Shown one piece after another: positions 33,701 to 47,000 of a stretch of 64,000 bases of DNA. Origin of the DNA: Chrysomallon squamiferum (lineage: Eukaryota; Animalia; Mollusca); assembly GCA_012295275.1 (NCBI GenBank), contig CM022672.1, positions 19,902,001 through 19,966,000 on the forward strand, in the 5' to 3' direction. The number at the start of each line of letters is the position of its first letter. Position 1 is the stretch's first letter. The notes beneath the pieces were generated by a model. The model had not been told where the DNA came from. It made no database searches and was given only the letters and a program-made list of their open reading frames with translations. The position numbers were made by a program, and so were the translations under genes.

Positions 33701-35057
33701 AAGCTGTGACAACAGTAGTTGCTGACCTGTTTGACTTTCTGAACAGTTTCAGCAATAGGAAACATGAACTTCATCCATTGCAGAATGCTAGATATAAGAC
33801 CAGCATGTGTCGTGATTTGGCACAAAAGGGTGTGTGTCCACGAGCTGCTAGCTGTACTTTTGCTCACAGTCAAGAAGAAATTGACAAGTAAGTTAAATAG
33901 TATACTTGGCAAAAGTGATGATTTTAAGATTACTGGCTTAAATAAAGATAAATTTTTTTTATGCATTTGTAGCAGTTAATTTTTAAAATTACACAGTACA
34001 TGGATCTGTTTACATGGCCAATGTTTTCATGCATTGTTCTCAAGAAAAAAAAAAAGGTTTTTGTTGTTAAAACTATAATTTTCTTAGCCTATAATGCAAT
34101 CACATTATTTGAAATAAATTGTTAAAAAATAGATGTCAGATTGAATGTCTGTGCCAAAAGCATGTTTTTAATGCAAAAACTTAAGTGTATTTGAAATAAG
34201 ATTATAAAAGGTAATATGTGCATTAAAATATAGATTAGTACTTTTTCAATTGTTCTGTTACTTCTGATTTTTTACATGTATACCATAGGGAATGCACTAT
34301 ATATACTGTTCAATCAACACAGCATTGATTGAGATCTCATCTACTGTAGTCAAAACATTTTTAATTTTTATAATGTTCATTTTATTTCATAATAATCAGT
34401 GTAGTGTCTTTTTTTAGTATTTTTTAAAAATAAAAATGATTCTATAATGCTGAGAAATAAATGATGATTACATCTACATTGTCAGGTACCGATTAAGAAA
34501 TAAAAAAATAGGATCAAGAAATTCTGCCACAACAACATCTGCAGCCCTGTCACCAAAAGAAAAAGTAGAACTTGCCAAAGTAAATAAAACTATGGATAAG
34601 AAACTGAATCATAACGGTTTGCCTAACAAATCTAGTGACACAGAGAAACCTGAGGAAGATACAAATACTACAGAAAAGTAAGTATTTTCAATAATATTTA
34701 CACAAGTAATTATTAGAAAATAGTGGTAGTACGAATATTTGTCTCAGACAAGATTTTATTATCATAGCATCTTAATGAGGGTGAAAAACTCAGTGCAAAG
34801 TGAAGTTTTGACATAGTTATTAAGAATGTGGTATTTTTAACATTTTCAGCAGTTTTGTTGAGTTTCCTTATTAGACCAGGAAAGAAAAAAAAATTGCATG
34901 TGCCTTTAAACATAATCAGAATTAATATTGTTTCAGCTGTGTTATATCAGAATTTATCAAAATTGTAAACTTACTATTAATTTTTACACTACTGAAAAAT
35001 TTACTGAATATACTTAATTTGTTTCATTGACCATTTCTTGTCAATGCATGTTACTTT

Positions 35058-35096
<39 letters not shown>

Positions 35097-38000
35097 CAAT
35101 TGTTTTTTTTTTTTTTAATTTATTTATATGTATGACTGTTATATGTGACCATACATAAAATTCATCCTTGAAGTGCAAGAATGGTGTTTTGGATGGAAAA
35201 GTTGATTTTGAGATATTGGCATTTTTAATTAGTCCAGTTAATATATATCATTGTTATTCTGTTGTAACTCATAAAATGAGTTATAACATTACAAAAACAT
35301 GATATTAAGAAAAGCCCTGTCAAAAACCCACAAACAACAAAAAAAAAATGTGCTTAATTCAGATGCTTCGTGTCCACAGTCTATCCTGCCTACCCTTACC
35401 GTATATGCATTGTTTTGTCCCTGAACTATTATGGGATGTATTCCCACAAACAAAATATCCGACATGTCAGTACATAGCCAATAAAAAGGCTGGACACTGA
35501 GGCTAACATGTACCAAAGCACATTGTCTCTTATATAGCAAATGACCTTTTAACCCTTGCGATGCCATCATTGGTTTTTTTTTTTATCTCGAGTGCTCCGA
35601 ACGTTATTATTAAAACATATCTTCACACTCTAGTGTATTAAGTTTTCAACGCCATAGTTTTAGTTTTTAGTTCCATAGGTTTGAGTCTTCTTAATGATAG
35701 ATTAAAAAACAGAATGGATGATGCACAGCAGTGCAATATCAACATCGACATTGACATCGACCTAGCACTCAGCTTGCTTAATGATGAAGATGGCAATATG
35801 AGTGCTAATGGAGTGTTTGACAACAAACAGATGACCAGATTAGTGTATGCATATCAGATGGACCAGATACTAACAATGAAACAGGCAGTGTTGTTTCTAG
35901 CTCTGAATACCAAAGTGGCAAGGAAGACCTAGACCAGGTGACAGTTGACATTGTAAGTGATCCACTGAATGGCATTATTAATGAAAATGTTGACATGTCC
36001 ATTGATTCTCATGCAGCTGCAATTGTATTGATAATGGGCAAAGATGTCAACAATTCAGTGATGAAGAATCACTGACAACAGGATGAGTGTAAAGGAAATA
36101 ACAGAAGGTAAGCTACAATACTACAATACATATATCAACTATTATGGCAGGTTCAGTTTCACTTATTTTATTCTAACCATGATATAGCTGATAATGTTTT
36201 CATTATTACTATCTTACAAACAATCATTTTTAATGTGCATAACTGACATATAGCATTAAAATTAATAATGTAATGGTTCTATTTGACATAACATGCATTA
36301 ATGTTACTTATACAATATATTTCAAATAGATACATAACATAACACTGATCCAGGCAAAACATCCACTGTAGTGTCTTAACATTTCTATTTTGTGTTGTAA
36401 GTGTGAAAGTGTTTTTCCTCAATATTTTTTATATAGGGGAAAAGATCTCATGCTGTTGGGTGTCTGTAATGAAGTGAAATGACACAATGCACCCACAGAC
36501 ATAAATAGACAGAACACACCAGATCAAGGACTACATATCTGATTGAAGACAAAAAACTGTGTGTAGCAACATTCCGAACCATCCATACATGAATAGAATA
36601 GTTCCAAAAAATATAACTATTTAAAGTAAAACTACCTATCTATTTAGTTACTGATATTTGTCAGTAGAAATTATGAAATAAATAAATTAAGCTAAAAATA
36701 AAGCACAAGTAATGTTTTAATCATACTGTATTAATTTTTGATGATATTTCATTTTTGATATTGATAGGTGTTATTTAAAAAAATTTGTTTAATCTGTGCA
36801 ACTAATTCATTGGAATGTACATTACAAAAATAGCATTGATGTTTTCAGAATTAGCAAAGACAAAATGAGTGCTGTACAGAAATGGTACAAGAAGAATGGC
36901 AAGGATCCTTTATTATGATGGCATCAGCCATTTCTGTCATTTCATTGATACTATGCTGAAGGTAACATACTGGTTCTTATAGAACTTGCAGCTGGATTCA
37001 AGCATTAGGACTTTGGTATTCTGCCCTCAATCAGTACCAAAGTTGGAATTGGAGAAATGCTTACAAACCAGCTGCAGAAGCATCAGGTACATTTTTATTC
37101 ATTGAAATAAAGAATATGATAGTCATCAATTAAATCATTGATTGATTTTAATTTATTAATAAATTAATTATATGTTTCTGAATTGCATATGAAGAAAATA
37201 TGTACACTACATTCATTATTATTATATTTCAGTATAGGTCACAAAGTAGCTCAACTGACATCATTTCGAATAGCTGGCATCAGCTTTACCAACACACTGT
37301 ATGCTGATAACCAATGATATACTTGTGCTGGGAATGCCACATAATGTTATTCTTTGGGCTAATAAACTGCCCAGAGAACAAAAGTCAAAGAGAATTCAAC
37401 AACGAGAAGCACCTCTTCAGCATGTTTGTGCAGAGCATGTTCTCCACAGATAGAATGTGGCAGCTGCCAAACAATTAGCTGTCAACTTTCCATGCTTCAA
37501 GCAGGTAGCAATGCACTACTGATTTGGGTTTGACCAGCAAGTTTCTCCAGGGCCATTCTACCACCTGACACCACTAAAATGTGGTATCTTTGATGTATGC
37601 TGTGAAGCAGTCCTGCAGCAGATCAAGCTGATTGATGAGGGAATGATTGCATTAAAGAAAAGTGATGCAGTGATCAGCTACTTCCGTCAATTCTTTCTAA
37701 TGTATGGCTTAGGTAAGGACACAGTGCAGCTCCACTGTGACAGCTGTGCCAGTCAAAAAAAAAGAACCAGTACATCTGAAAGACATCCACAGTCCTTACC
37801 AAACCATTGAAATGAATTTCATAAAGTTTGGAGCAGTCCAAAACACTGCTAAAACAGAAGATCTGCAAGAACACAAATATCCTGCCTGAATGATATGGTT
37901 TGTGTCACAAATGAGAGCACAATAAAAGGTATTAGTATTGCACAGCTCATTGACACCATAAACCAAGACATCAAGCTCCCCTTGTATGACTGGCAGACCT

Positions 38001-41000
38001 TCCTTGCTGACAACTTCGAGCCACTGCTTGGCATGAAACAGTTCCAGCACTTACGGTTAGTACTGAATTCATTAACACTAATTAATGATTATTTTGCTGT
38101 ATATATCTGTATAATGATGTCACAAGTTTAAAATAATAGTAAATCTTTGTAACTTTTTGCAGCATTTTTAAAATGTTTGAACATGGGAATTCAAGATCAT
38201 TCTTTGTTTTGTAACAGGTTTGCTTCTGAAGAACCAGGTGTTGTATTTGCCAGGAAACAGCCATCTGATAATGAGCAGCAATTCTGAAGGCTCTACCTGC
38301 AGCTAAACCATCCCCAAGCCTGAACCATGGTATCTGGGGAAAAAACCATGAATTCAGCCATCGAGATTCTGCAGACATGATATTTCCAGAGCCACCACAT
38401 CTGAAGCCACATAGGTCCACTGCTGTAACTGCAACAGCAGGACCATCACAGGAAGTGGCTGCTGCCAATGGCACTTAAAGAAAAAGAAAAAAGAAGCAGT
38501 AACTGTGGCTTGATGATTAACAAACAGACTGAACATAAAATTAATTTCTGTGTATATTGTAGTGTTGTTTTTCAAATTTAGTGCAGTAATTTAGAAATGT
38601 ATATCTCATTAACTGTTACAGCTGTTAATGTGAAATTTCACCATACTGTGCATGCTGTGATGGTCTACCACTGTCAGATTTCACCTTGATATATGTCTTT
38701 ATGTTGAATATTTACAGAAATATTTGATTATATTTTTAATTCAATTTTTTTCACAATTGTTTTAAAAAAATCCCTTCATAAGCCATCTCTTTAAAAAACC
38801 ATTGTCTTTATGACCAGTTTAGCTAGACATTTATATTTGATACTGTTGTAATGCCCATAAAATTTCACATTGTACCATTAACTGAAACAGTGATTTTCCT
38901 AATTATCCCTGAATTTGATGTGCAAGGCCACATCTGTTGTTTAGAAAATTGTTAACAGCAGTAATTTATGCAATATGTTATCTATTGATTTTTGTTATTT
39001 GACCATTAGCAAAAACCTGTATTTAAAATATTGAGTGAAATATGGACTGATAAATAATTCTAATTAATCAATGAAATTAAATGATTATTTTTATTTTCCA
39101 CCTTTTCAGAAATGTTCCTTTGGAAAGTCAGAAAAAGACAAATGATGACCTAGCTACGTCAGTGGAAGCATTAACATTGCAAGCCTCAACAAGTACAGTC
39201 AGCATTGTTCTTTCAAAAGCACAGAAAGCTGAATCTTTTGTCCCACCAGTTCAGAGTCATAACAGAAGTGTAATGTCAACCACTTCTAAAGAACCTTTTG
39301 TGGCATCAAATCCTCCACAACCTTCATGTGACGTTGTGCAACCTCCTGGTAAGTTTATTAATAATTTTTTTGACACCATAACTTTATGATTAATTTGATG
39401 GTTCAAGTACATATATATTGATATATTTTGATTTCTGTTTTCTTTCTTTTATTAATAAAAATGTTTTTGTTTTTAATTTAAATTTAGGTGGCTATCAGGT
39501 ATATTGTCCTCCACTGCCACCAAGACCTCCTCCAGGGCCCACTTACCCTTATGTTGCACCAGACAACACTGTTTATTACAGTAATCCTGGGTATGTGAAT
39601 TATGATTCACAGGCAGTTCCGCCCCCATCAGGCCAGTGGTCACATCCATGGTATAATCATAATCAAGCTGTACCATATGTACCTGGTGTTCAGTCTTGGG
39701 ATATTGGGATGTATGGACCAGGTTGGAATCAGCCTGGAAATGTTCAGCAGAATTCTAATCAGGTAGGCAGATGTAATTTTATTAGCCAGCAAATGACTGG
39801 CTATACATAAATTGTGGTAAGTCTAATCTAAGGCAGTTGTTCACTGAAATTCACCAAATAAGAGACACTAAACAAAGGTTGGACGCAAAAGGTAACCAAC
39901 AATCTCAACTGGACTTGCTGATTGTTAACCAAAAAAAATGTCTTCTTTTTTTTTTCTCTTTCCTTGTTTTTTTTTTGTTTTGTTTTTAAAAATTTTAAAT
40001 TTATTTAGTTAATTATTTAAAAATATAAAAAAAACATTTCCCTTGTGTGTATGAAATAAGAATGTTATTACTTTCCAGTGTGTGTGTGTGTGTGTGTGTT
40101 TGAGATGTTGTTGGATGTACCATGTTGCCTTGGGAGAACTAATTTTTAAAATAAAATAGCATCTGACACAATAGAAGGAAAACGTTTCAAGTTCTTAGAA
40201 CAGATTTCTTTGTTTTACTTATAGCAATGTCTGTTTCTTGAAAATGAAAATATAATTTCTTTTTGAAATGTTTTCTTGATCTCTGCTTTAATAGTTTTTT
40301 TAATTTTTATTAGATGGAAAAACCCTTAAATTAATCTGTATCTGTGGGTTTTTTTTTTTTTTTTTTTTTTTTTTTTGTTTGGGGTTTTGTGTGGTGGAAG
40401 GGGGTTCATTTATTAAATACATCAAAAATATTAGAGTACATTATTATATAAAGCTTCAGATGGAAGATACTTAAGAATAGTCTGATAAACATTTAACTAA
40501 AATAAACTCCTACCTATCTATCATTAATAACAAATGGATTTTTTTTCAGTGCTTGAAATATGTATTATTATTATTACAAACTTCAGTTTAAAATTTAGGT
40601 TTAATATAACATCATATATTTCATCCATTGAAAGCTTTATACTTTCAGTTGCATGATTGAGTTAAAAATAATTGCCATGACTACACTACAAGATTTTAAT
40701 TCTATAAATTCTTATTCAATTAAAGAACTTGCATTTTCTTTGGTGAAGATGTTTTAATAGGAACAAATCATGGATGGTATTATAAAGTTATTTTTATATT
40801 TTACATTTATAAAGAGGTTATACACCACTGACATCTCATAATACTTTAATATGAAATAATATATTTTTATTTTGTAATTGTCAATAGTTATTATATGGTA
40901 GTACAGTAGAAGCATCAGTGTTTGCATAAAAATGAATACATTTGCTTAGGAACATGTACAATCTTCAAAAAACCCCAAAAAGATGCACATGTTCCAAAAT

Positions 41001-44000
41001 GAAAATCATCAAAAAGAATGATGGTAAGCAAACTTACGAAGATCATTGTTAGTCTAGTTTTTCCAGTGCATATTTCTCTTTCTTTATTTTTTTTTTTTTT
41101 TTTCAATTTTTTTTTCAGCATGTTTTTTATTTACATGTATCTTTAATGCAAAATAATTATAGCATTCCATTACTCACATACAAAACCTTTGACACAGTAT
41201 ATTCATATCAACATGTCTGCCTTCATTCAGTTAAGATGGTTTCATTTCTTACTTGTATAATGAACAAATGATGTGATTTACAAATAACTTATGATAATCT
41301 TTTGGTAGGATAGCTAAATGATATGCAAAATCAGCTTTTGCTTTGCTGCATTTAGTTGTAGATTTTGAAAAATGCATAACAGGTAAAGGAAAAAAAAAAG
41401 AAGAACACAGTAACATTTGAAGCAAATTAAATGCTGATTAAATGACATTTTGCTTGTTGGTTGCTGTAACATTCTAACCTTTTCTTATCCAAAAATCATC
41501 AAAATTTTGATTAATATAAAAGTTATCAAAGGAACTGACCTGATAATTATCTTTCACACGTATTTAAAGATTTACACATTTTAACAGAACTTGTCTTCTG
41601 TTTCTCTTTAATTATGGCTTTGTCCAAATTAAAGTGTTAAACAATCCTCATTTTGCTGCTCTCTTATTATGGTGGCTTGTAAGTGAAAATGTTTTATTAT
41701 GTTCTTTTGTCACTAATGTTTGGAGGGGGGAAGTAAAGGAAAGACATTTATGTAATAGAAATTCATACAAGAGTTGTTTTTGTTTGTTTTTTAAATAAAA
41801 AAGAAAAATCTGTTACGAGTACCATGTAATGTGAGAACATTTGTTCATTATTAACAGTGTTAATGTACATACCTAGGGCCTCTGCCATATACCTACTGCT
41901 TTGGTAGTTCTGTCTTATGTTTTGTTCCTGGCAGTTTTTGTCGTCAGTCGTGATTACAGATTTGTGTCTCTTTCAGACGATGTATGGAAGTTACGTTGTG
42001 TACAGTATGTGGCCTCCCTCACATTACTGTAATGTCTCGCCGCTGGGACCATCTTTGGTCCCCATCGATCAGTGTTCACAAATATACGAAGCATCGGACA
42101 ATAATGCCTGTCAAGATTGCATTCATGAGACCTGTATTAACCAGGATCATTACAATAATAGCTGAATATTTTAATATCTTCTGGTGGATGTTAGAACAAT
42201 TTTATCTCTTGTGGTAAATTGTCAGATATGTTGGATACTTTTTTATATTTATGAATGAAAAGAAAAATGGGGGAATTTTTTTTTTATGTGTAATCTAACA
42301 TATCAGCACTATAAAAGAAAATAATTTTTAAAAATTGTTTTTATTGAGGAATGATATTTTTAAATTGATATTTAAATTTTTTTATATTTTATAATTTTTT
42401 ATATTTTTTAATTTTTTACCCTCATTGTTAAACAACGCTTTTAACATGACTGCAATGGAAGTACTGCATTTTAAAAAATATTTGTGGGCATCTCAAAATA
42501 CACATTTTAAGTAAAAACAGCCACCAGAAGAAAATGTAATTGTATATAAAGTATCCAATTTCGATTTGATCTAAAAAGGCTTTTAAAATGGATACTTCGT
42601 GGTAAGAGTTGCAATTCTGAATATCGCCTTCCAAAACAAAATAATTTTCCAGTATTTCAGATATCACTGGAAATAACTAACTGGTGTAAAAAGTAAATTG
42701 TTTTAAAAAATAACTTGATAAAACTTGTCTAAACCAATCAGCAACTCGACCAGACTTTGAAAGTAAACTTTTCTGAATAGCAATTTGGCCAATAGAGCAA
42801 TGGTTGCGATTTCTTGCAGGTGTCCTTTTAATGTTGTTTGTTTTGTAGGTTTGTTTGGGGTATTTTGTTGGTTTTTTGCAATAACAAATATTATATTTGG
42901 TTTAGACATGGGTTTATTAAGTTTGCCTGTTACTTCATGGTCAGTGAATGAAATATGGTGATAGCTAGAAAGGAAAGACTGTCCGAAATGTGCAACTTGT
43001 ATCTTTAACTTTGTTTTATTTCATAGGCCCATTTCCTTAAACTTGAGTACTGACTCAGATTTTTCTCTTAAACAAAAACCTTTAAATACCTGAATTTATG
43101 AAAATCATTTTTATTATTATGTTTTTAATTGGTTCATATCTGAAAGTCAGTTTGCTGCTTTACAGTAGGATTCTGCATGAAGTAATAATAATTGAAATAA
43201 TATTTGTTCACATTCATTTTCTTTTCATTGTTAAGACATGGTAACTGCAGATTAAGCAGAGGTTGGACACGATTAAGAAGTTTGAATGTTAGAAGTTCTG
43301 TATATTTTTATGTAATGGGTGACTGGGTTATTTGCAGCAGTTCTGATGTCTTTGCTTTTTATTTATAATGATTGTACATAAAATGTAACAGTAAGTTTAC
43401 TGGAGATAAATTAGACGTGTTTTAAAATTATACTTGTGATAATAATTAAGTGAGTTATACAGGTCAGATTAAGTGGCATATAGACTGATATTTAATGTTA
43501 TAGAACAAGGCAAAGTGTATCTAATGTGGTATTTGAACTATTGTCATTTAGAAATGATCATAGTTAAAAAACGTGTGCAACTCACTGATAAATCTGGTTC
43601 ACTGTGAAAATTTCACAATTAATAATGATAATGCCAGTTATATGAGCTTAGTTTTTTAGAGGCAGAATATTAATTTCATGGAAATATTTCTGTCATGAGA
43701 TAGAGCAAGCACATTCATTTTTCTCATACTGAGAATCCTCAGGAGAGTATGCTATTTGCATAAAATTTATAAAATATTTTTATAAATGTATTGGTACTTC
43801 TGTATGGAGATCTAAATGTATACTATCTGAAGATGTTAGTATTTAGTTATGGTCCATCATTGGAAGTATGCATTCACAAAAGTTTCTTTGTGATAAAATA
43901 TTTTAATACATGTGTATATAATACTTATTTTGATGACTTGAAATTTCACTGAAAACAGATTTTTTTTATTGATTTAGCATAAATGTTTTTAAAAAGATTT

Positions 44001-47000
44001 ATACATAGAAAACAAAAATAAAAGCTTTTAAATTTTGCATTCATTATATGTGTATAAATATGCACCTCAGTAGTTGTAATTTTAATAGAAATCAAAAATC
44101 ATGGATCTTGTACATAAAACAATGTGGAAAAGACACTTACTTTTTTTTACTTTTTTTTTTTTATCATTATTTAAAAAATAAGAAATCTTTGTAATGGACT
44201 ACGGTTCTAGCAAAGTGGACTGTGACTGATATTCAGTACAGAGACAATATCCTCATTTCATTTAATACATATCACTTGATTTATATATATAAAATATAAT
44301 GTGGTTATAAAATATTTTGTTTACTACAAAATGTTTTGATTTTAACACAAAACAGGTAAAATGGATCCCTTTTAGTTTTATGAAATAAATATTTGTCTAA
44401 CTTGATAATAACTTTTATTTACAGTTTTCAGAACATTTGTAAATACGATTTACAAAATATTTTTCATGTAGTACTGAAGCCATTTATTTGGTTTTATTGT
44501 TTGTAATTAAGTGGATGTTATTCTCAAGTAGAAATCTGTAACACTTTTTCGACTGTCAGGTTTGTTTGTATTTTTTATTTTATTTTGATGTGTGTGTAAA
44601 TAGAGGAATTAAAATACATCAGTCAGAATTTTACTTTTACTTTTCTCAGACCTTGTCCCCTTTATTTTTCTCTGATATATACATTTTTTTCTTCTTTTTT
44701 CTTTCTTTAAACTGATTAATTTTTGTTTTAATTTAAAAATAATAAAACTAGATTTATTATAATCTGAGAACTCTTGAAGGCAGACATTCACTGAAAAGAC
44801 GATTATTTTACAAACAAGAAAAAATTATATTGCTGAAATGTAATTTGAAGTATTTGTAATACATTATAACACTGTTACATGAACTTTATTGTTAAAGCAG
44901 AATAATTTAAAACATTTTCAGAAAATAATGAGAAAATACTTTTCAATGATGATGAAAATTCACTTAAAACGGTCTTTTTTATTTTATTTTTTTGGTCTTT
45001 TTAATTCATTTTAATTATTTACAAAAATAAGACATATCTGTTTATAAATATCTTTGTGAAATAAAACTTTCTGTATTTTTATTATTATTATTATTATTTT
45101 TGTATTTATTTTATTATTTTTTCCAAATCTGTTCAGAATGAAGTCAGTTATATTTTGTCAGTTTTGTCATTAATCCAGTGCCATAGCCACTCAGTGAAGA
45201 GAAGGAAAATTCAAAGAATGTAAAACCATCAAGGATGCAAAATGTACCTTCAGAAATGAAAATAAAAGATTATTCTAAAGGATTATTTAATTTTTGACTC
45301 GGTCAGCTGCAGCACTGGAATTCTTAGCACTAACAAGTTATGAAACTATATTCTCAGATGGTAAGCGCACCTTAAGAAATATCAGTGGTAAGTATGGGTA
45401 CATTAAAAACAGTTTCAAGTGATTCAACGTACAGCTTGGGAATCCCTAGCGCTAACAGTTATGAAATTCAGATTTGGTGATAAGCGCAAACAATAAAGGT
45501 TTTCGGTAAGTATACATACATTAAAAACTGTCACATTTTAGTTTCAGGAGAGCTTTCTTTTTTTCTTCTTTTTTTTCTAAAAAAGTTTTTATTTTTAAAT
45601 TGTTTAGAGGGTATTTTCCTCTAATTCAAGTCTGATTTTGAAAATGTATTATATATAAAATAAAATCATTGCCAAATTCAAGACATGTCCTAAAATAATA
45701 AATATTTTATCATTTGTACATTTGGTCCCATTTATTCAAAGGAAACAGATGTCATTTTCATACTCAACTGATCTTTCTTCTTTTTTTTTTTTAAATACAG
45801 ATGCTACTGAATTTATATAATTTTTAACTTCAAAATATACAGTTCGTAATAGTCAGCCAATTTGGTTTTATTCTGATCTAATCTGTAACCTAGTGCTTCT
45901 AATTAAATTAATTTAAATACATAAATTACTAGGAATATGATTAGAACGTATTGGACCATAGATTCATGTGAACAGTATTGCAATAAAGTGAATAATAATT
46001 CTCATCATTCGATATTTTTTATTGTTTATTGTTTTGTTTTTTTTTGATTAATTTAAACATTAAACGGTGAATTTTTTTTTCTCCCTTTTTTTAAAGTTTA
46101 TACACAGACTTTTTTTTTTTTTTTTATAAATCCATTACCATTCCCATTTTTCCTCTTTGCAATAAAGTTTTGAGACCTAAGTTACATTATTTAGGCTAAT
46201 ACAGATATTTACTATTTTGTTGAAAGCTAGAAGTAGGTTTTGTCAGATAAAAATATTTTTAGGGTTCTTTAGTGTTAAGTCATCTATATGGCAGTGTAGA
46301 TGTGCAATTGTTTGCCTGACCACAGTGGGTAATCTGCTGTTGGAGCAGATGTACAATTTTTCAGTGTCAAGATCACGTCATAAGCAGGGGTTGACACAGC
46401 AACCAGGGACATGTCGTTGATCTGGCCGACAGCCGTCATGGCCGGCGGTGGTTTTAAAAAGGTACTTGAAATCTGCCAGCTTTCATAATGTGAATAGTAA
46501 TTGGAGCATGATTACGTGTCCGATATATTTTTTTTTTTTTTTTTTTTTTTTTCTCCTCCTCAGCCATAACAGTATTGTGAAATTTAGTTAACTCTTTTGG
46601 AGGGTGGGTGGGTGGTGCAGTTGTGTGGTAAGAGAAAACAAAATTACCTGTCAGTGTAATCACTTGAAACCTCAAGTCAGATGTACTTTGTATACATCTG
46701 ACACTGCATTTTTCTGCACACTGTTAATTGTGCATGTGTCTTTGGAAGACTTGTATTACAGGCATCAACATAATTCCAGACTTATTTCTTTCTTTCTTTC
46801 TTTTTTTTGTATTGGGTGTGTATAATGTGTATTTGAATGTTTATTTTCCTTTTCAGTATTTTGCCTAAAATCTTGAAATATCAGTGGTTTTGGCATTTTT
46901 GTTATTCATTGATGTCCTTGTGTAACTAATTTGTTTTGAATAATGTTTACTTACAGGGTTGTCTCTTACTAACTTCACATAAAATTTTGAGATTTTTTAA

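Noticed and set aside
41984-42217. 77-aa [13 protein letters not shown]... as an independent gene
   Set aside because: No promoter evidence or recognisable domain, and its phase does not match the flanking Roquin exons. It is noted only as an overlapping open frame.
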